Source: an uncultured Chitinophaga sp. (GTDB lineage: Bacteria; Bacteroidota; Bacteroidia; Chitinophagales; Chitinophagaceae). From it: a stretch of 64,000 bases of DNA. The number at the start of each line of letters is the position of its first letter. Within the stretch, counting starts at the first letter, position 1. Below are positions 30,558 to 41,127 of the stretch, piece by piece. The notes beneath the pieces were generated by a model, which saw only the letters and a list, made by a program, of their open reading frames with translations, was not told the DNA's origin and made no database searches. The translations under genes were made by a program, and so were the position numbers. The DNA is taken from the NCBI GenBank assembly GCA_965653365.1, contig CBFGZV010000021.1:10728-74727 (forward strand), given 5' to 3'.

Positions 30558-31397
30558 TTATAGATCGCTTAACGGGAACGAGTTTTTCAGCCGGATCCCT
30601 TTTTCGGTGTTGTGCAGCAGGCCGCACTCGATGGAGGGGTCGTGCTCGAAATACAGCACATACTGGCGTTCATTCGCCTCCATGAGAAAACGTTTCTTTT
30701 CTTCCAGGGTGGTGAGCGGGAACATATCATAAGCCATCACGTACGGAATGGGAATATGCGCCGCGGAAGGCAGCAGGTCGGCCATGTAAATGACGGTATG
30801 GCCTTTATAGCGGATTTCGGGCAGCATCATGGCATCGGTATGGCCGTAGGCGAACCGCATGCGGATGTGGTCCGTAAACGAAATGCCGTCGCGCTGCTCG
30901 ATGAATTTCAACTGCCCGCTCTGCTGGATGGGAAGGATATTTTCTTTGAGGAAGGAAGCCTTTTCCCGGTCGTTCGGCTCGGTGGCCCATTTCCAGTGGG
31001 CTTCGTTGCTCCAGTAGGTAGCGTTGCGGAAGGCCGGCACCAGCTTATCGCCTTCGCGTTCGATGCTGCCGCCGCAATGGTCGAAATGGAGATGGGTCAG
31101 CAATACGTCCGTGATATCGTTGCGATGGTAACCGAGGGCGGCGAGCGATTTGTCGAGCGTATCGTCGCCATGCAGGTGGTAATGGCCGAGGAATTTTTCG
31201 TCCTGTTTGTTACCGATGCCATTGTCGATGAGGATGAGGCGGTTGCCGTCTTCCACCAGCAGGCAGCGCATGGCCCAGGTGCAAAGATTATCGGCGTCCG
31301 GCGGGTTGAGTTTCTGCCAGAGGGATTTGGGTACCACGCCGAACATGGCGCCGCCGTCGAGCTTGAAGAATCCTGTATTAATCGTGTGAAGCTGCAT
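30558..31397 (-). CDS. MBL-fold metallo-hydrolase
   Basis: HLHFDHCGG motif with downstream His/Asp ligands. Confidence 0.8.
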   Translation of the reverse strand: MQLHTINTGFFKLDGGAMFGVVPKSLWQKLNPPDADNLCTWAMRCLLVEDGNRLILIDNGIGNKQDEKFLGHYHLHGDDTLDKSLAALGYHRNDITDVLLTHLHFDHCGGSIEREGDKLVPAFRNATYWSNEAHWKWATEPNDREKASFLKENILPIQQSGQLKFIEQRDGISFTDHIRMRFAYGHTDAMMLPEIRYKGHTVIYMADLLPSAAHIPIPYVMAYDMFPLTTLEEKKRFLMEANERQYVLYFEHDPSIECGLLHNTEKGIRLKNSFPLSDL

Positions 31398-32709
31398 AAT
31401 CGGGTACTTGCGTTTTTCTCTTTGCTAAACTACGTTGTTTTTGTAAAGCGGAGAACAGCCATATGAGCCCGATGGAGAAAAAGCCGGTGAGCACCAGTAC
31501 CGAGGTGCGCATGTTATGGGTGATATGCTCGATATAGCCGAAGCTGAACACGCCGAGCGCGATGGCCATTTTTTCCGTCACATCGTAGTAACTGAAAAAC
31601 GAGGCGGTATCGCGGGTTTCAGGAAGCAGTTTGGCGTAGGTGGAGCGGCTGAGCGACTGGATGCCACCCATGACCAGGCCCACGGCCACGGCCAGGAAAT
31701 AGAACTGTACTTCGGTGGTGATGAAGTAGGCATTGAGGCAAACGCCGATCCACAGCAGCACCGTGGCGATGAGCACCCTGAAGTTGCCGAACCGGCCGGA
31801 GAGCCGGGCCATGCCCCAGGCGCCCAGGATGGCCACGATTTGTATCAGCACCACGCAGATGATGAGTTTGCTGGCTTCGAGCTTGAGCTCTTTGGAAGCG
31901 AAGATCACGGCCACCATCATCACGGTTTGCACGCCCATGCTGTAGAAGAAAAAGGCGCGGAGGAACCGTTTCAGCACAGGCATCACTTTCACCTGCGCGT
32001 ATACTTTTTTCAGTTCGATGAACCCGTCTTTGAGCACCCGCCCGGAACCGTCGTTAACGGCGGGTTTCGACGCCGGGAGGCGTTTAAAGGTGATCTGCGC
32101 GAAGCCGAACCACCAGATGCCCACCAGCAGGAAGGTGATGCGTACGGCCATGCCGTCTGTGATGCCGAATGGTTTGATGGTAACGAGGGCAAACCCGACG
32201 AGCTGCATGAGCACGCTGCCCATGTACCCGAATGAAAAGCCGCGCGCACTCACCCTGTCCTGGTACTCCGGCGCCGCAATTTCGGGCAGGTAGGAGTTAT
32301 AGAACACGAGGCCGCCCCAAAAACCGATGGCCGCCAGCATAACGGAAAGCATGCCCAGTTCGAGGCTGCTGGTATCTGTGAAGGTGTATAACGAGGCGCA
32401 GGCCAGGGAGCCGAGGTAGCAGAAGAAACGGAGGAAGTTCTTTTTATTGCCGCGTGTATCCGCAATGGAAGAGAGAATGGGCAGGCTGATGGCGATCAGC
32501 AGGTAGGCGAGCGACAGGGTGTAATCGTACAGCACGGAGCTGAGCAGCGTTTTACCCATGAAAGTCACCTCGTCGGTACCGGTGCGGGCTTTGGTGACGC
32601 CCAGGTAATAGATGGGGAAAAACGTGGTGGTGATCACCAGGTTGTACACGGAGTTGGCCCAGTCGTACATGGCCCAGCCATTGACAACTTTCCTGTTTGG
32701 TATGCTCAT
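31378..32709 (-). CDS. MFS transporter (UMF1/Atg22-like)
   Basis: About 12 TM helices. Its last 20 nt overlap the start of the downstream MBL gene. Confidence 0.75.
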   Translation of the reverse strand: MSIPNRKVVNGWAMYDWANSVYNLVITTTFFPIYYLGVTKARTGTDEVTFMGKTLLSSVLYDYTLSLAYLLIAISLPILSSIADTRGNKKNFLRFFCYLGSLACASLYTFTDTSSLELGMLSVMLAAIGFWGGLVFYNSYLPEIAAPEYQDRVSARGFSFGYMGSVLMQLVGFALVTIKPFGITDGMAVRITFLLVGIWWFGFAQITFKRLPASKPAVNDGSGRVLKDGFIELKKVYAQVKVMPVLKRFLRAFFFYSMGVQTVMMVAVIFASKELKLEASKLIICVVLIQIVAILGAWGMARLSGRFGNFRVLIATVLLWIGVCLNAYFITTEVQFYFLAVAVGLVMGGIQSLSRSTYAKLLPETRDTASFFSYYDVTEKMAIALGVFSFGYIEHITHNMRTSVLVLTGFFSIGLIWLFSALQKQRSLAKRKTQVPDYAASHD

Positions 32710-32754
32710 AGGGAGTTATTGAAGATTCACACGAATGACTAAAAGTAATGATTA

Positions 32755-33375
32755 TTACTGTTTATAATCACTGATCCGGATATGCTCGCGGCAAAAGCCG
32801 TATTCGGCTTCGTCGTTGGAGCTCACGATCACGAGGCGGTTGCCGCAATAGTCACGGATCAGTTGCTGGTAGAGGGCGATGCCGGCGCCGTCGAGGTTGG
32901 TGCAGGGCTCGTCGAGCAGCAGCACCGGTACGTCGGAAAAAATGGCGAGTGCCAGCCTGGCCCGTTGTTTCATACCGGAAGAAAAATTACGCACCTGTTT
33001 TTTCCAGGCCTTTTCCAGGCCCACGATGCGCGCAATTTCCAGGGGTGAAAAGCCCGGAAGGAAAGATTTGAAATGGAGGTGGAAGTCAAAGCACTCCTGC
33101 AGGCTCAGTTCTTCCACCAGTTCGAGGTAGGGGGCCACGATGGCGCATTGGCGGAAGAAATGGTCGTGCGGGAGTGTCTGTTCATTGAAAAGGTATTGCA
33201 CATCGCCCTCGCTGTGGTGATGGTGCCCGCTGATGATCTGCAGTAAGGTGGATTTGCCGGAGCCGTTGGGTCCCAGTATAGCGTAGTGGCCTGTACCGCT
33301 GAACGTATAGGTGAAACGACGGAAGATCCAGTCGTAATTGAACCGCTTGCCGACCTGGTTAAGGGAGATCGTCAT
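32755..33375 (-). CDS. ABC transporter ATP-binding protein
   Basis: Walker A GPNGSGKST, signature FSSGMKQR, Walker B LLLDEP. Confidence 0.85.
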   Translation of the reverse strand: MTISLNQVGKRFNYDWIFRRFTYTFSGTGHYAILGPNGSGKSTLLQIISGHHHHSEGDVQYLFNEQTLPHDHFFRQCAIVAPYLELVEELSLQECFDFHLHFKSFLPGFSPLEIARIVGLEKAWKKQVRNFSSGMKQRARLALAIFSDVPVLLLDEPCTNLDGAGIALYQQLIRDYCGNRLVIVSSNDEAEYGFCREHIRISDYKQ

Positions 33376-34159
33376 TCGCCCTGGTACTGTATCCTCTCAT
33401 GATGCCACGCCCGGAATCGCGGATGAAGGAGAGTATTTCATCCCTTTCGTCCGTGGCCGGAAATTCGGCTTCAATGATGCGGATGGCTTTCGAAATATTG
33501 TTGCCTTTCACAAAAATGACGCGGTAGATATCCAGGATGTGGTTGATCTTTTCGAGGGTAAAGCCCCTGCGTTTGAGCCCCACGGAGTTTACGCCCACGT
33601 AGGAGAGCGGCTCGCGCGCAGCTTTTACGTAGGGCGGTACGTCTTTCCTCACCAGCGAACCGCCGGTTACGAAAGCATGGTTGCCGATTTTGCAGAACTG
33701 CTGAACTGCCACCATACCGGCCAGCACTACATGGTCGCCCACGGTGATATGGCCTGCGAGGGTGGTGTTGTTCGAAAACACGCAGTAATTGCCCACGATG
33801 CAGTCGTGCGCAATGTGGCTGTAGGCCATAATGAGGCAGTTGGTGCCGATGGAGGTCTTCAGCCGGTCTTTGGTACCGCGGTTAATGGTCACATATTCGC
33901 GGATGGTGGTATTGTTGCCGATTTCCACGATGGTGTCCTCGCCTTCGAATTTGAGGTCCTGCGGAATAGCAGAAATAACAGCACCGGGGAAGATGCGGCA
34001 GTTTTTGCCGATACGTGCGCCTTCCATGATGGTTACATTGGAACCAATCCAGGTGCCTTCCCCGATCTCAACATTTTTATGGATAACGGTGAACGGATCG
34101 ATCTTTACGTTGGGCGCAACTTTAGCGTCCGGGTGGATGTATGTGAGCGGATGAATCAT
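33359..34159 (-). CDS. lpxA: acyl-ACP--UDP-N-acetylglucosamine O-acyltransferase
   Basis: Left-handed beta-helix hexapeptide repeats plus the C-terminal helical domain; sits in the lpxD-lpxC/fabZ-lpxA gene order. Confidence 0.92.
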   Translation of the reverse strand: MIHPLTYIHPDAKVAPNVKIDPFTVIHKNVEIGEGTWIGSNVTIMEGARIGKNCRIFPGAVISAIPQDLKFEGEDTIVEIGNNTTIREYVTINRGTKDRLKTSIGTNCLIMAYSHIAHDCIVGNYCVFSNNTTLAGHITVGDHVVLAGMVAVQQFCKIGNHAFVTGGSLVRKDVPPYVKAAREPLSYVGVNSVGLKRRGFTLEKINHILDIYRVIFVKGNNISKAIRIIEAEFPATDERDEILSFIRDSGRGIMRGYSTRANDDLP

Positions 34160-34163
34160 GCTG

Positions 34164-35579
34164 TTATTTTCCTTCGCGTTTTACAATTTGGGCAACCATG
34201 TCAGCCTCAGCGCACACTTTGTTGCCAACGAAAGCTGTACCTCTCATTTCCACCAGGCCTCTGCGTATTGGGCTGAGCAACTCCATTTTCAGGATCATGG
34301 TATCGCCCGGCATTACTTTTTGTTTGAACTTACAGTTGTCGATTTTCAGGAAGTAAGTGTCGTAGTTCTCGGGGTCCGGCATCGGATTCAGGGCAAGGAT
34401 GCCACCTACCTGTGCCAGGGCCTCGCAGATCAATACGCCCGGCATTACGGGGTTACCGGGGAAGTGGCCCTGGAAGATCTGCTCGTTGAAAGTTAGATTC
34501 TTGATGCCCACCACCCTGGTATCGCTCAGTTCAATGATCTTGTCTACCAGCAGCATCGGGTAGCGGTGCGGCATGGTGCGGACAATATGATTGATGTCGT
34601 ATATCGGCGGCTGGTTGGGATCATAGATCGGTACGTCCCGGTTGTGTTTGTTCTTTTTGATGTACTGTTTGATTTTGCGGGCAAACTCCACGTTGGAAGC
34701 GTGACCGGGGCGGTTGGCGATGATGTGCGCCTTGATGGGCACGCCGATCAGGGCCAGGTCGCCCACCACATCGAGCAGCTTGTGGCGTGCGGGCTCGTTG
34801 GGGAAGTGCAGTTGGGCATTGTTGAGGATGCCTTCGCGTTGTTGCACGGACATTTCCTCGCGGTCGAAGGCTTTCGCCAGGCGGCCGAGCTCTTCGTCGG
34901 TCACCGGGCGGTCTACCACCACAATCGCGTTGTTGATGTCGCCTCCCTTGATGAGGTTGTTGGCCAGCAGGTATTCCAGCTCATGCAGGAATACGAAGGT
35001 GCGGCACGGCGCGATCTCTTTCTTGAAATCGCTCATGCTTTTCAGATTGGCGTGCTGGGTGCCGAGCACCTGGGAATTGAAGTCGATCAGCGCGGTAACC
35101 CGGTAGTCCACGGCGGGCAAAGCCACCATTTCCACCTTTTTTACCTCGTCATAATAGTTAATATTGGTGTCGATCGAATAATATACCTTTTTGGCGTCCT
35201 GCACCTGGATGCCCGCTTCCTCGATGATATCGATGAAGGGAATGGAACTGCCGTCCATAATGGGGATTTCGGGGCCGTTCAGTTCGATCAGCACGTTATC
35301 CACACCCATACCCACGAGGGCGGCCAGGATGTGCTCTACCGTGCTTACGCGGGCGCCGTTGTGCTCCAGGGTGGTGCCGCGGGCCGTGTCTACCACGTAG
35401 TCCACATCGGCTTTCACAATCGGCTGGTCAGGGAGGTCGATGCGTTGGAATTTAATACCAAAGCCGGGCATGGCCGGCTTAAGAGTCATATTCACCTGTG
35501 CTCCTGTATGTAAACCAACACCTGATATGGTCACGGGACCCTGCAGGGTTTGCTGGTTCGACTGCTGATTTTCCATCAT
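34164..35579 (-). CDS. lpxC/fabZ: bifunctional UDP-3-O-acyl-GlcNAc deacetylase / 3-hydroxyacyl-ACP dehydratase
   Basis: LpxC N-terminus ISGVGLHTG and HKLLD, with C-terminal FabZ motifs LPHRYPMLLVD and GHFPGNPVMPGVL. This fusion is characteristic of Bacteroidota. Confidence 0.93.
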   Translation of the reverse strand: MMENQQSNQQTLQGPVTISGVGLHTGAQVNMTLKPAMPGFGIKFQRIDLPDQPIVKADVDYVVDTARGTTLEHNGARVSTVEHILAALVGMGVDNVLIELNGPEIPIMDGSSIPFIDIIEEAGIQVQDAKKVYYSIDTNINYYDEVKKVEMVALPAVDYRVTALIDFNSQVLGTQHANLKSMSDFKKEIAPCRTFVFLHELEYLLANNLIKGGDINNAIVVVDRPVTDEELGRLAKAFDREEMSVQQREGILNNAQLHFPNEPARHKLLDVVGDLALIGVPIKAHIIANRPGHASNVEFARKIKQYIKKNKHNRDVPIYDPNQPPIYDINHIVRTMPHRYPMLLVDKIIELSDTRVVGIKNLTFNEQIFQGHFPGNPVMPGVLICEALAQVGGILALNPMPDPENYDTYFLKIDNCKFKQKVMPGDTMILKMELLSPIRRGLVEMRGTAFVGNKVCAEADMVAQIVKREGK

Positions 35580-35644
35580 TATAGCTTCGTATTCAATTGC
35601 GTTTAAAATCCTTCTTGATAGCTTCTTCCAACATGTCTGCCGCC

Positions 35645-36703
35645 TTAGCGAAGAAGGGCTTTTTCTGCCAACAGCTGTTTCACCATGTCCTCCAATTCCT
35701 TTACCCGCTTTTCCAGGTCCGGCAAATTTCTAAAAATTGCCTGACTTTTTAAGGAACTTTTATAATCATAGGCAGGAGAGCCGGTCAAAGCAGTGTTGGG
35801 CGTGGTGATGGATTTGGATAAACCGCTCTGGGCGTTGATTTTGGTGCCGTCGGCGATCTGGATATGCCCGACAATACCCACCTGGCCGCCAATCACGCAG
35901 TTTTTGCCGATTTTGGTGCTGCCGGATACGCCGGACTGCGCGGCGATTACCGTACTGCTGCCGATTTCCACGTTATGGGCGATCTGGATCAGGTTGTCGA
36001 GCTTCACACCGGTATGGATGACGGTGGAGCCCATGGTAGCGCGGTCGATAGTCGTGTTGGCGCCGATTTCCACGTCGTCGTGTATGATCACGTTGCCCAC
36101 CTGGGGCACTTTTTTATAAGTACCGTCGGCCTGGGGGGCGAAACCGAACCCGTCTCCACCAATCACGCAGCCGGCATGAAGGATCACGCGGTTGCCCACC
36201 ACACAGTTGTCGTACAGCTTCACGCCGGGGTAGAGCACGGAGTTGTTGCCGATTTTCACATTATCGCCAAGGTATACCCCGGGGTAAATCTTCACATTGT
36301 CGCCCAGCACCACGTTTTCACCAAGGTAAGCGAAAGCGCCGATATAAACACCCTGGCCCATTTTAACGGAGCGCGGCACATGGGAAGGCTCCTGGAAGCC
36401 CGTTTTGGCACCGGCGCCCACCATTTTCTGGTATTGCTCCAGCAGGAGGGCAAAAGCGCTATAGGCGTCCTGCACACGGATGAGGGTAGGCTTGATGGGC
36501 CGCTCTATCACCAGGGAATCATTCACGATCAGAATGGAGGCCTGCGTGGAATAGAGAAACTCCTCGTACTTCGGGTTGGCGATGAAACTCAACATGCCGT
36601 CGCCCGCTTCCTCGATCTTGGCGATATTGTGCACCTTCACTTCCGGGTCCCCTTCCAGCTTCCCGTTCAATATGGTAGCCAGCTGTAATGCGCTAAATTG
36701 CAT
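35645..36703 (-). CDS. lpxD: UDP-3-O-(3-hydroxyacyl)glucosamine N-acyltransferase
   Basis: N-terminal LpxD uridine-binding domain, long hexapeptide repeats, and a C-terminal coiled helix. Confidence 0.93.
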   Translation of the reverse strand: MQFSALQLATILNGKLEGDPEVKVHNIAKIEEAGDGMLSFIANPKYEEFLYSTQASILIVNDSLVIERPIKPTLIRVQDAYSAFALLLEQYQKMVGAGAKTGFQEPSHVPRSVKMGQGVYIGAFAYLGENVVLGDNVKIYPGVYLGDNVKIGNNSVLYPGVKLYDNCVVGNRVILHAGCVIGGDGFGFAPQADGTYKKVPQVGNVIIHDDVEIGANTTIDRATMGSTVIHTGVKLDNLIQIAHNVEIGSSTVIAAQSGVSGSTKIGKNCVIGGQVGIVGHIQIADGTKINAQSGLSKSITTPNTALTGSPAYDYKSSLKSQAIFRNLPDLEKRVKELEDMVKQLLAEKALLR

Positions 36704-36794
36704 AGTAATTAATTGAAATGTTACCTTCCAGGCCGTCTCCGGATAATATGAATGTATTCTCTAACATGTTGCGCTCGTATAAAACGTTGTTAGC

Positions 36795-38018
36795 CTAGAT
36801 TTTTGGATGACAAATGTAGAATTTTTTTATCGGTCTTGCCAAAGTATGCGATACAAGGGCATTGTCGATCGATGAAATATCCCTCACCGTGCCGTCCTTA
36901 AATAAGATATTGATCTTTTCGTCGTTTGCGTCATATGCTTTCAGGCTGGCGGTATCCGTAAATACGAAATAGTCCGCCTCCTCGTCGGTCAGGTCCCAGC
37001 GTTGCTTCACTTTTTCTTTCAGGCCTGCCAGCAGCCCAGGTTCCGACGGCTCATTACTGAGGGTAACCTTAAAAAGCTGGCGGTTTACGAGCCATTGGCA
37101 CAAAAGGCGTAATACCTTGTCCGGGTGCTGCGTCCATACCTTGATCGCCCCCATGATATCATAATCATCGAGCAGGCAAAACAGGGAAAGGCATTCCCGT
37201 CCTTCAAATTCCCCCCTTCCGATGCGGTTATATAAAAAATACTGCAGGGCAGGGGAAGCAAAGAGCTCCGTGCCCTCCAAAGCGAGCTTTTTTGCCCGGT
37301 GCAGCACCTTCACCAGCATATTTTCCGCGCTCAGCACGGTTTTATGCAGATAAACCTGCCAGTACATGAGCCGGCGGGCGACAATGAACTTTTCTATGGA
37401 ATAGATCCCTTTTTCCTCCACCATCAGTTCACCCCCGTAAACGGTCAGCATCTTGATAATGCGGTCGTAGCTGATCACCCCTTCCGATACCCCGGTATAA
37501 AAACTGTCGCGGCTCAGGTAGTCCATCCGGTCTACATCCAGCTGGCTGGATACAAGCTGGTGCAGGAACGGCTTATGGTAGCGACCGTTGAAAATCTCCA
37601 GGGTGAGGTCCAGGCTGCCGTTCATTTCCCGGTTGAGGGTCTGCATCAGCAACTGGGAAATCTCCTCGTGAGACACGTCTTCCACCAGCGTATGTTCCAA
37701 CGCATGCGAATAAGGGCCGTGCCCTACATCATGCAATAATATGGCCATTTTTGCAGCCACTTCCTCGTCTTCCGTGATAACCACCCCCTTTCCGCGCAGC
37801 TCCTGCAAGGCACAACTCATCAGGTGGTAAGCCCCCATGCTGTGATGAAAACGCGTATGCATGGCCCCGGGGTATACCAGGTGGGCCAGCGCCATTTGGT
37901 GTATCCGGCGTAACCGCTGATAGTACGGGTGTGATATAAGGTTGAAAATCAATGGATGATCGATGGTAATAAACCCGTGAACCGGGTCGTTCACAATCTT
38001 TCGTTTGCGGTCAGTCAT
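36795..38018 (-). CDS. HD domain-containing phosphohydrolase (dNTP triphosphohydrolase-like)
   Basis: HTRFHHSMG and LLHDVGHGPYSH metal-binding motifs. Confidence 0.85.
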   Translation of the reverse strand: MTDRKRKIVNDPVHGFITIDHPLIFNLISHPYYQRLRRIHQMALAHLVYPGAMHTRFHHSMGAYHLMSCALQELRGKGVVITEDEEVAAKMAILLHDVGHGPYSHALEHTLVEDVSHEEISQLLMQTLNREMNGSLDLTLEIFNGRYHKPFLHQLVSSQLDVDRMDYLSRDSFYTGVSEGVISYDRIIKMLTVYGGELMVEEKGIYSIEKFIVARRLMYWQVYLHKTVLSAENMLVKVLHRAKKLALEGTELFASPALQYFLYNRIGRGEFEGRECLSLFCLLDDYDIMGAIKVWTQHPDKVLRLLCQWLVNRQLFKVTLSNEPSEPGLLAGLKEKVKQRWDLTDEEADYFVFTDTASLKAYDANDEKINILFKDGTVRDISSIDNALVSHTLARPIKKFYICHPKI

Positions 38019-38207
38019 TCGGATTTTTTAATATCTGTCCCTACAAATCTACAGCTTTGCAGGTAACTTTTATCCGCCGGATGTGAGGAACGGCGCGCGG
38101 CGGCGCTCAAACCGCCATAATTTAACGAATTATTAGAGTTTCATATATTTTGAGGGAACGATTTTTGACATATTTCGGTAATTTTAAAGCAGGTCCAAAA
38201 AAATTGC

Positions 38208-39761
38208 ATGAATCAAATCAACATACTTTGGGTAGACGATGAAATCGACTCCCTCAAATCCCAGATCATTTTTCTCGAAAATAAAGGCTACAAAGTATCG
38301 GCGCTCACCAACGGGTATGATGCGCTGGAGTTTCTGAAAGACAATATTGTGGACGTGGTGCTGCTCGACGAATCGATGCCGGGCATTACCGGCCTGGAAA
38401 CCCTGGCCCGCATCCGCGAAAACAACCAGCAGGTACCGGTGGTGATGATCACTAAAAACGAGGCGGAAAACGTGATGGACGAAGCCATCGGCTCACAGAT
38501 CACCGATTACCTCATCAAACCCGTGAACCCCAACCAGGTACTGCTGTCTCTCAAAAAGATCATCGACAACAAGCGGCTTGTGGCCGAAAAAACCACCACG
38601 GCCTACCAGCAGCAGTTCCGCACCCTGTTCATGGCGCTCAACGATAACCCGAACCATGCCGAATGGGCGGATATCTATAAAAAACTGGTGTACTGGGAAA
38701 TGGAAATGAGCAAAAGCGACAGCCCGGAGATGCTGGAAGTGCTGCATTCCCAGAAAGCCGAGGCCAACACCGAATTCGCCAAATTCATCGCCCGCCACTA
38801 CAGCAACTGGATGCAGCCCAAAGGCCAGGACGCTCCCGTGATGAGCCATACCCTGTTCCGCGACAAGATTGTGCCGTACATGGACCCTTCGGTGCCTAAT
38901 TTCTTCATTCTGATCGACAACCTCCGGTACGACCAGTGGAAAACCATCCAGCCGATATTCGCCGAGTCGTTCCGGCTGGTGGAGGAAGATACCTTTTACA
39001 GCATTCTGCCCACCTCCACCCAGTACAGCCGCAACGCCATTTTTGCCGGCATGCTGCCGGCCGAGATCGAAACGAAATTCCCGGAAGAATGGAAGAACGA
39101 CGACGAACAGGGCGGGAAGAATCTTTACGAAGAGAGCTTTTTCGCGGCGCAGCTGCAACGGCTCAAAATGGACAGCCGCTTTTCGTACACCAAGGTGATT
39201 AATCATGCGGACGGGCAGCACCTGGTGAACAATATGCACAATATGCTGGACTACCCGCTGAATGTGATTGTCTATAATTTTGTGGATATGCTGAGCCATG
39301 CCCGTACGGAAATGGAAGTGCTCAAGGAGCTGGCGGGCGACGAAGTATCGTACCGCTCCATTACCGCCAGCTGGTTTGAGCATTCGCACCTGCACCAGGC
39401 GCTCAAAAAGGTGGCCGACCGGAAAATCAACCTGATCATTGCCACAGACCATGGCAGCGTTCGGGTGAAAACGCCCGTGAAAGTGATTGGCGACAAGCAG
39501 ACCACCACCAACCTGCGGTACAAACACGGCCGCAACCTCAATTACGACCCCAAGGAGGTGCTGGCCTTCCGCGACCCCCGCGATGCCGGGTTGCCGAAGC
39601 CAAATGTCAATTCTTCTTATATCTTTGCCCGCGAAGACGGGTATCTTTGCTATCCCAACAATTATAATTATTTCGTGAACTATTACCGCAACACCTTCCA
39701 GCACGGCGGCATTTCCATGGAGGAGATGATTGTGCCGGTAGCGAGGATGGTCAGCAAATAG
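38208..39761 (+). CDS. porX: PorX-type response regulator with a C-terminal PglZ (alkaline-phosphatase superfamily) domain
   Basis: Receiver motifs ILWVDDE and LLDESMPG plus KP, followed by a ~390-aa PglZ-like domain (ILIDNLRYDQW, ATDHGS). The 517-aa length matches PorX. Confidence 0.8.
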   Translation: MNQINILWVDDEIDSLKSQIIFLENKGYKVSALTNGYDALEFLKDNIVDVVLLDESMPGITGLETLARIRENNQQVPVVMITKNEAENVMDEAIGSQITDYLIKPVNPNQVLLSLKKIIDNKRLVAEKTTTAYQQQFRTLFMALNDNPNHAEWADIYKKLVYWEMEMSKSDSPEMLEVLHSQKAEANTEFAKFIARHYSNWMQPKGQDAPVMSHTLFRDKIVPYMDPSVPNFFILIDNLRYDQWKTIQPIFAESFRLVEEDTFYSILPTSTQYSRNAIFAGMLPAEIETKFPEEWKNDDEQGGKNLYEESFFAAQLQRLKMDSRFSYTKVINHADGQHLVNNMHNMLDYPLNVIVYNFVDMLSHARTEMEVLKELAGDEVSYRSITASWFEHSHLHQALKKVADRKINLIIATDHGSVRVKTPVKVIGDKQTTTNLRYKHGRNLNYDPKEVLAFRDPRDAGLPKPNVNSSYIFAREDGYLCYPNNYNYFVNYYRNTFQHGGISMEEMIVPVARMVSK

Positions 39762-39782
39762 CGGATTTTAAAAGAAGACATC

Positions 39783-40109
39783 ATGAACCTGAAAAGTACC
39801 CCCAACAACCTGGCGAAGCTGGAAAAGATTTTTGAAGAGGCGAAATATATCCTGCGGTACGAAAAAGGCACCTTCAATTCCGGCTACTGTGTGCTGGAAC
39901 ATAAGAAAGTGGTGGTGATCAACAAATTCCTGAACGTGGAAGGGCGGATCAACACCCTGATAGACATCCTGCCGTCCATTTCGCTGGAGGAAGGCTATCT
40001 CACGCCCGAATCCCAGAAACTGTACCGCCAGGTGATAGACAGCCGCAATGCGGCAGCTGCCGGTGGCGAGGAGGAAGAGGAAAACCCGTCAACAGAAACA
40101 CCTGCATAA
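39783..40109 (+). CDS. hypothetical protein with an acidic C-terminal tail
   Basis: ORF with sensible composition, closely packed between porX-like and the MBL gene (~20-bp and ~10-bp gaps). No motif recognised. Confidence 0.5.
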   Translation: MNLKSTPNNLAKLEKIFEEAKYILRYEKGTFNSGYCVLEHKKVVVINKFLNVEGRINTLIDILPSISLEEGYLTPESQKLYRQVIDSRNAAAAGGEEEEENPSTETPA

Positions 40110-40118
40110 CCATACGCT

Positions 40119-40880
40119 TTGAAAGTAACATTCCTTGGAACCGGCACTTCGCAGGGCGTACCGGTCATCGCCTGCCCCTGTAAAGTATGTGCGTCGCCAG
40201 ACCCGCGCGACAACCGCCTGCGCAGCAGCATTCTTATTTCATCCGATGCCGGCAACATCGTGGTAGACACTACGCCCGACTTCCGCTACCAGATGCTGCG
40301 GGCCGGCGTGAAAACGCTGGAAGCGGTAGTGGTCACACATTCCCATAAAGATCATATTGCCGGGATGGACGACATCCGGGCGTTCAATTATTTCCAGCAG
40401 CGCCCCATCGACATCTATGCGTCCGATTACTCACAAAACGTGATCATGCGCGAATTCTCCTATGCATTTGCGGACTTTAAATATCCCGGCATTCCCGAAC
40501 TGAACCTGCGCACCATCCTCAACGACCCGTTCAGCATCAATGGGCTGAAATTCACGCCCATCAATGTGTTGCATCATAAAATGCCCGTGCTGGGATTCCG
40601 TTTCGGCGATTTTACCTACATCACCGATGCGAATTACATCGCCCCGGAGGAAAAAGAAAAGATCAAAGGCTCGAAGGTGCTGGTGCTGAATGCCCTCCGC
40701 CGCGAAAAGCACATTTCGCATTTCACGCTCGACGAAGCGATAGAAGTAGGCAAAGAGCTGGACGTACCGCAGGTGTACTTCACGCATATCAGCCACCAGC
40801 TGGGCCTGCACGCCGAAGTATCGCCCTCCCTGCCGGAAGGCACCGCCCTCGCTTATGACGGGTTGGAGATTACACTCTGA
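40119..40880 (+). CDS. MBL-fold metallo-hydrolase (PhnP-like)
   Basis: HSHKDHIAG motif and an N-terminal CxC cluster CPCKVC. Confidence 0.8.
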   Translation: MKVTFLGTGTSQGVPVIACPCKVCASPDPRDNRLRSSILISSDAGNIVVDTTPDFRYQMLRAGVKTLEAVVVTHSHKDHIAGMDDIRAFNYFQQRPIDIYASDYSQNVIMREFSYAFADFKYPGIPELNLRTILNDPFSINGLKFTPINVLHHKMPVLGFRFGDFTYITDANYIAPEEKEKIKGSKVLVLNALRREKHISHFTLDEAIEVGKELDVPQVYFTHISHQLGLHAEVSPSLPEGTALAYDGLEITL

Positions 40881-41127
40881 TTTTTATCCCCCCGATAGAA
40901 TACTTCCTGGCCGGCGGCGCCGCCGCAAACCACCGCCATGTTTAATCCGCAGCACGGGGCGCGCACCGACCTGCTTGTTTCGGAAGCCCCATGGGTGCCT
41001 CTCAACTTCGCTCAGGACATGTGTTTAATCAATGCCGGGCCTGCGTCAACCCTTCGCATAGGCCCGGCACAGGCTCAAAACAAGGCTGACGCCCAATTCG
41101 CACAAACATAGCAGGCTATATTTTTCC

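Noticed and set aside
34164-35579. The LpxC-FabZ fusion as a novelty
   Set aside because: This fusion is an established characteristic of Bacteroidota lipid A clusters.
36795-38018. The HD-domain dNTPase-like protein as an anti-phage dGTPase
   Set aside because: It sits beside lpxD with core GC content and no island hallmarks, and I recall similar HD genes being common in Bacteroidota (not checked). There is no evidence for a defence role from sequence alone.
38208-39761. The PglZ domain as a sign of a BREX-type phage defence system
   Set aside because: The PglZ domain is fused to a CheY receiver (PorX architecture). No BrxA/B/C, PglX methyltransferase or BrxL is nearby. The neighbours are lipid A genes and other housekeeping genes.
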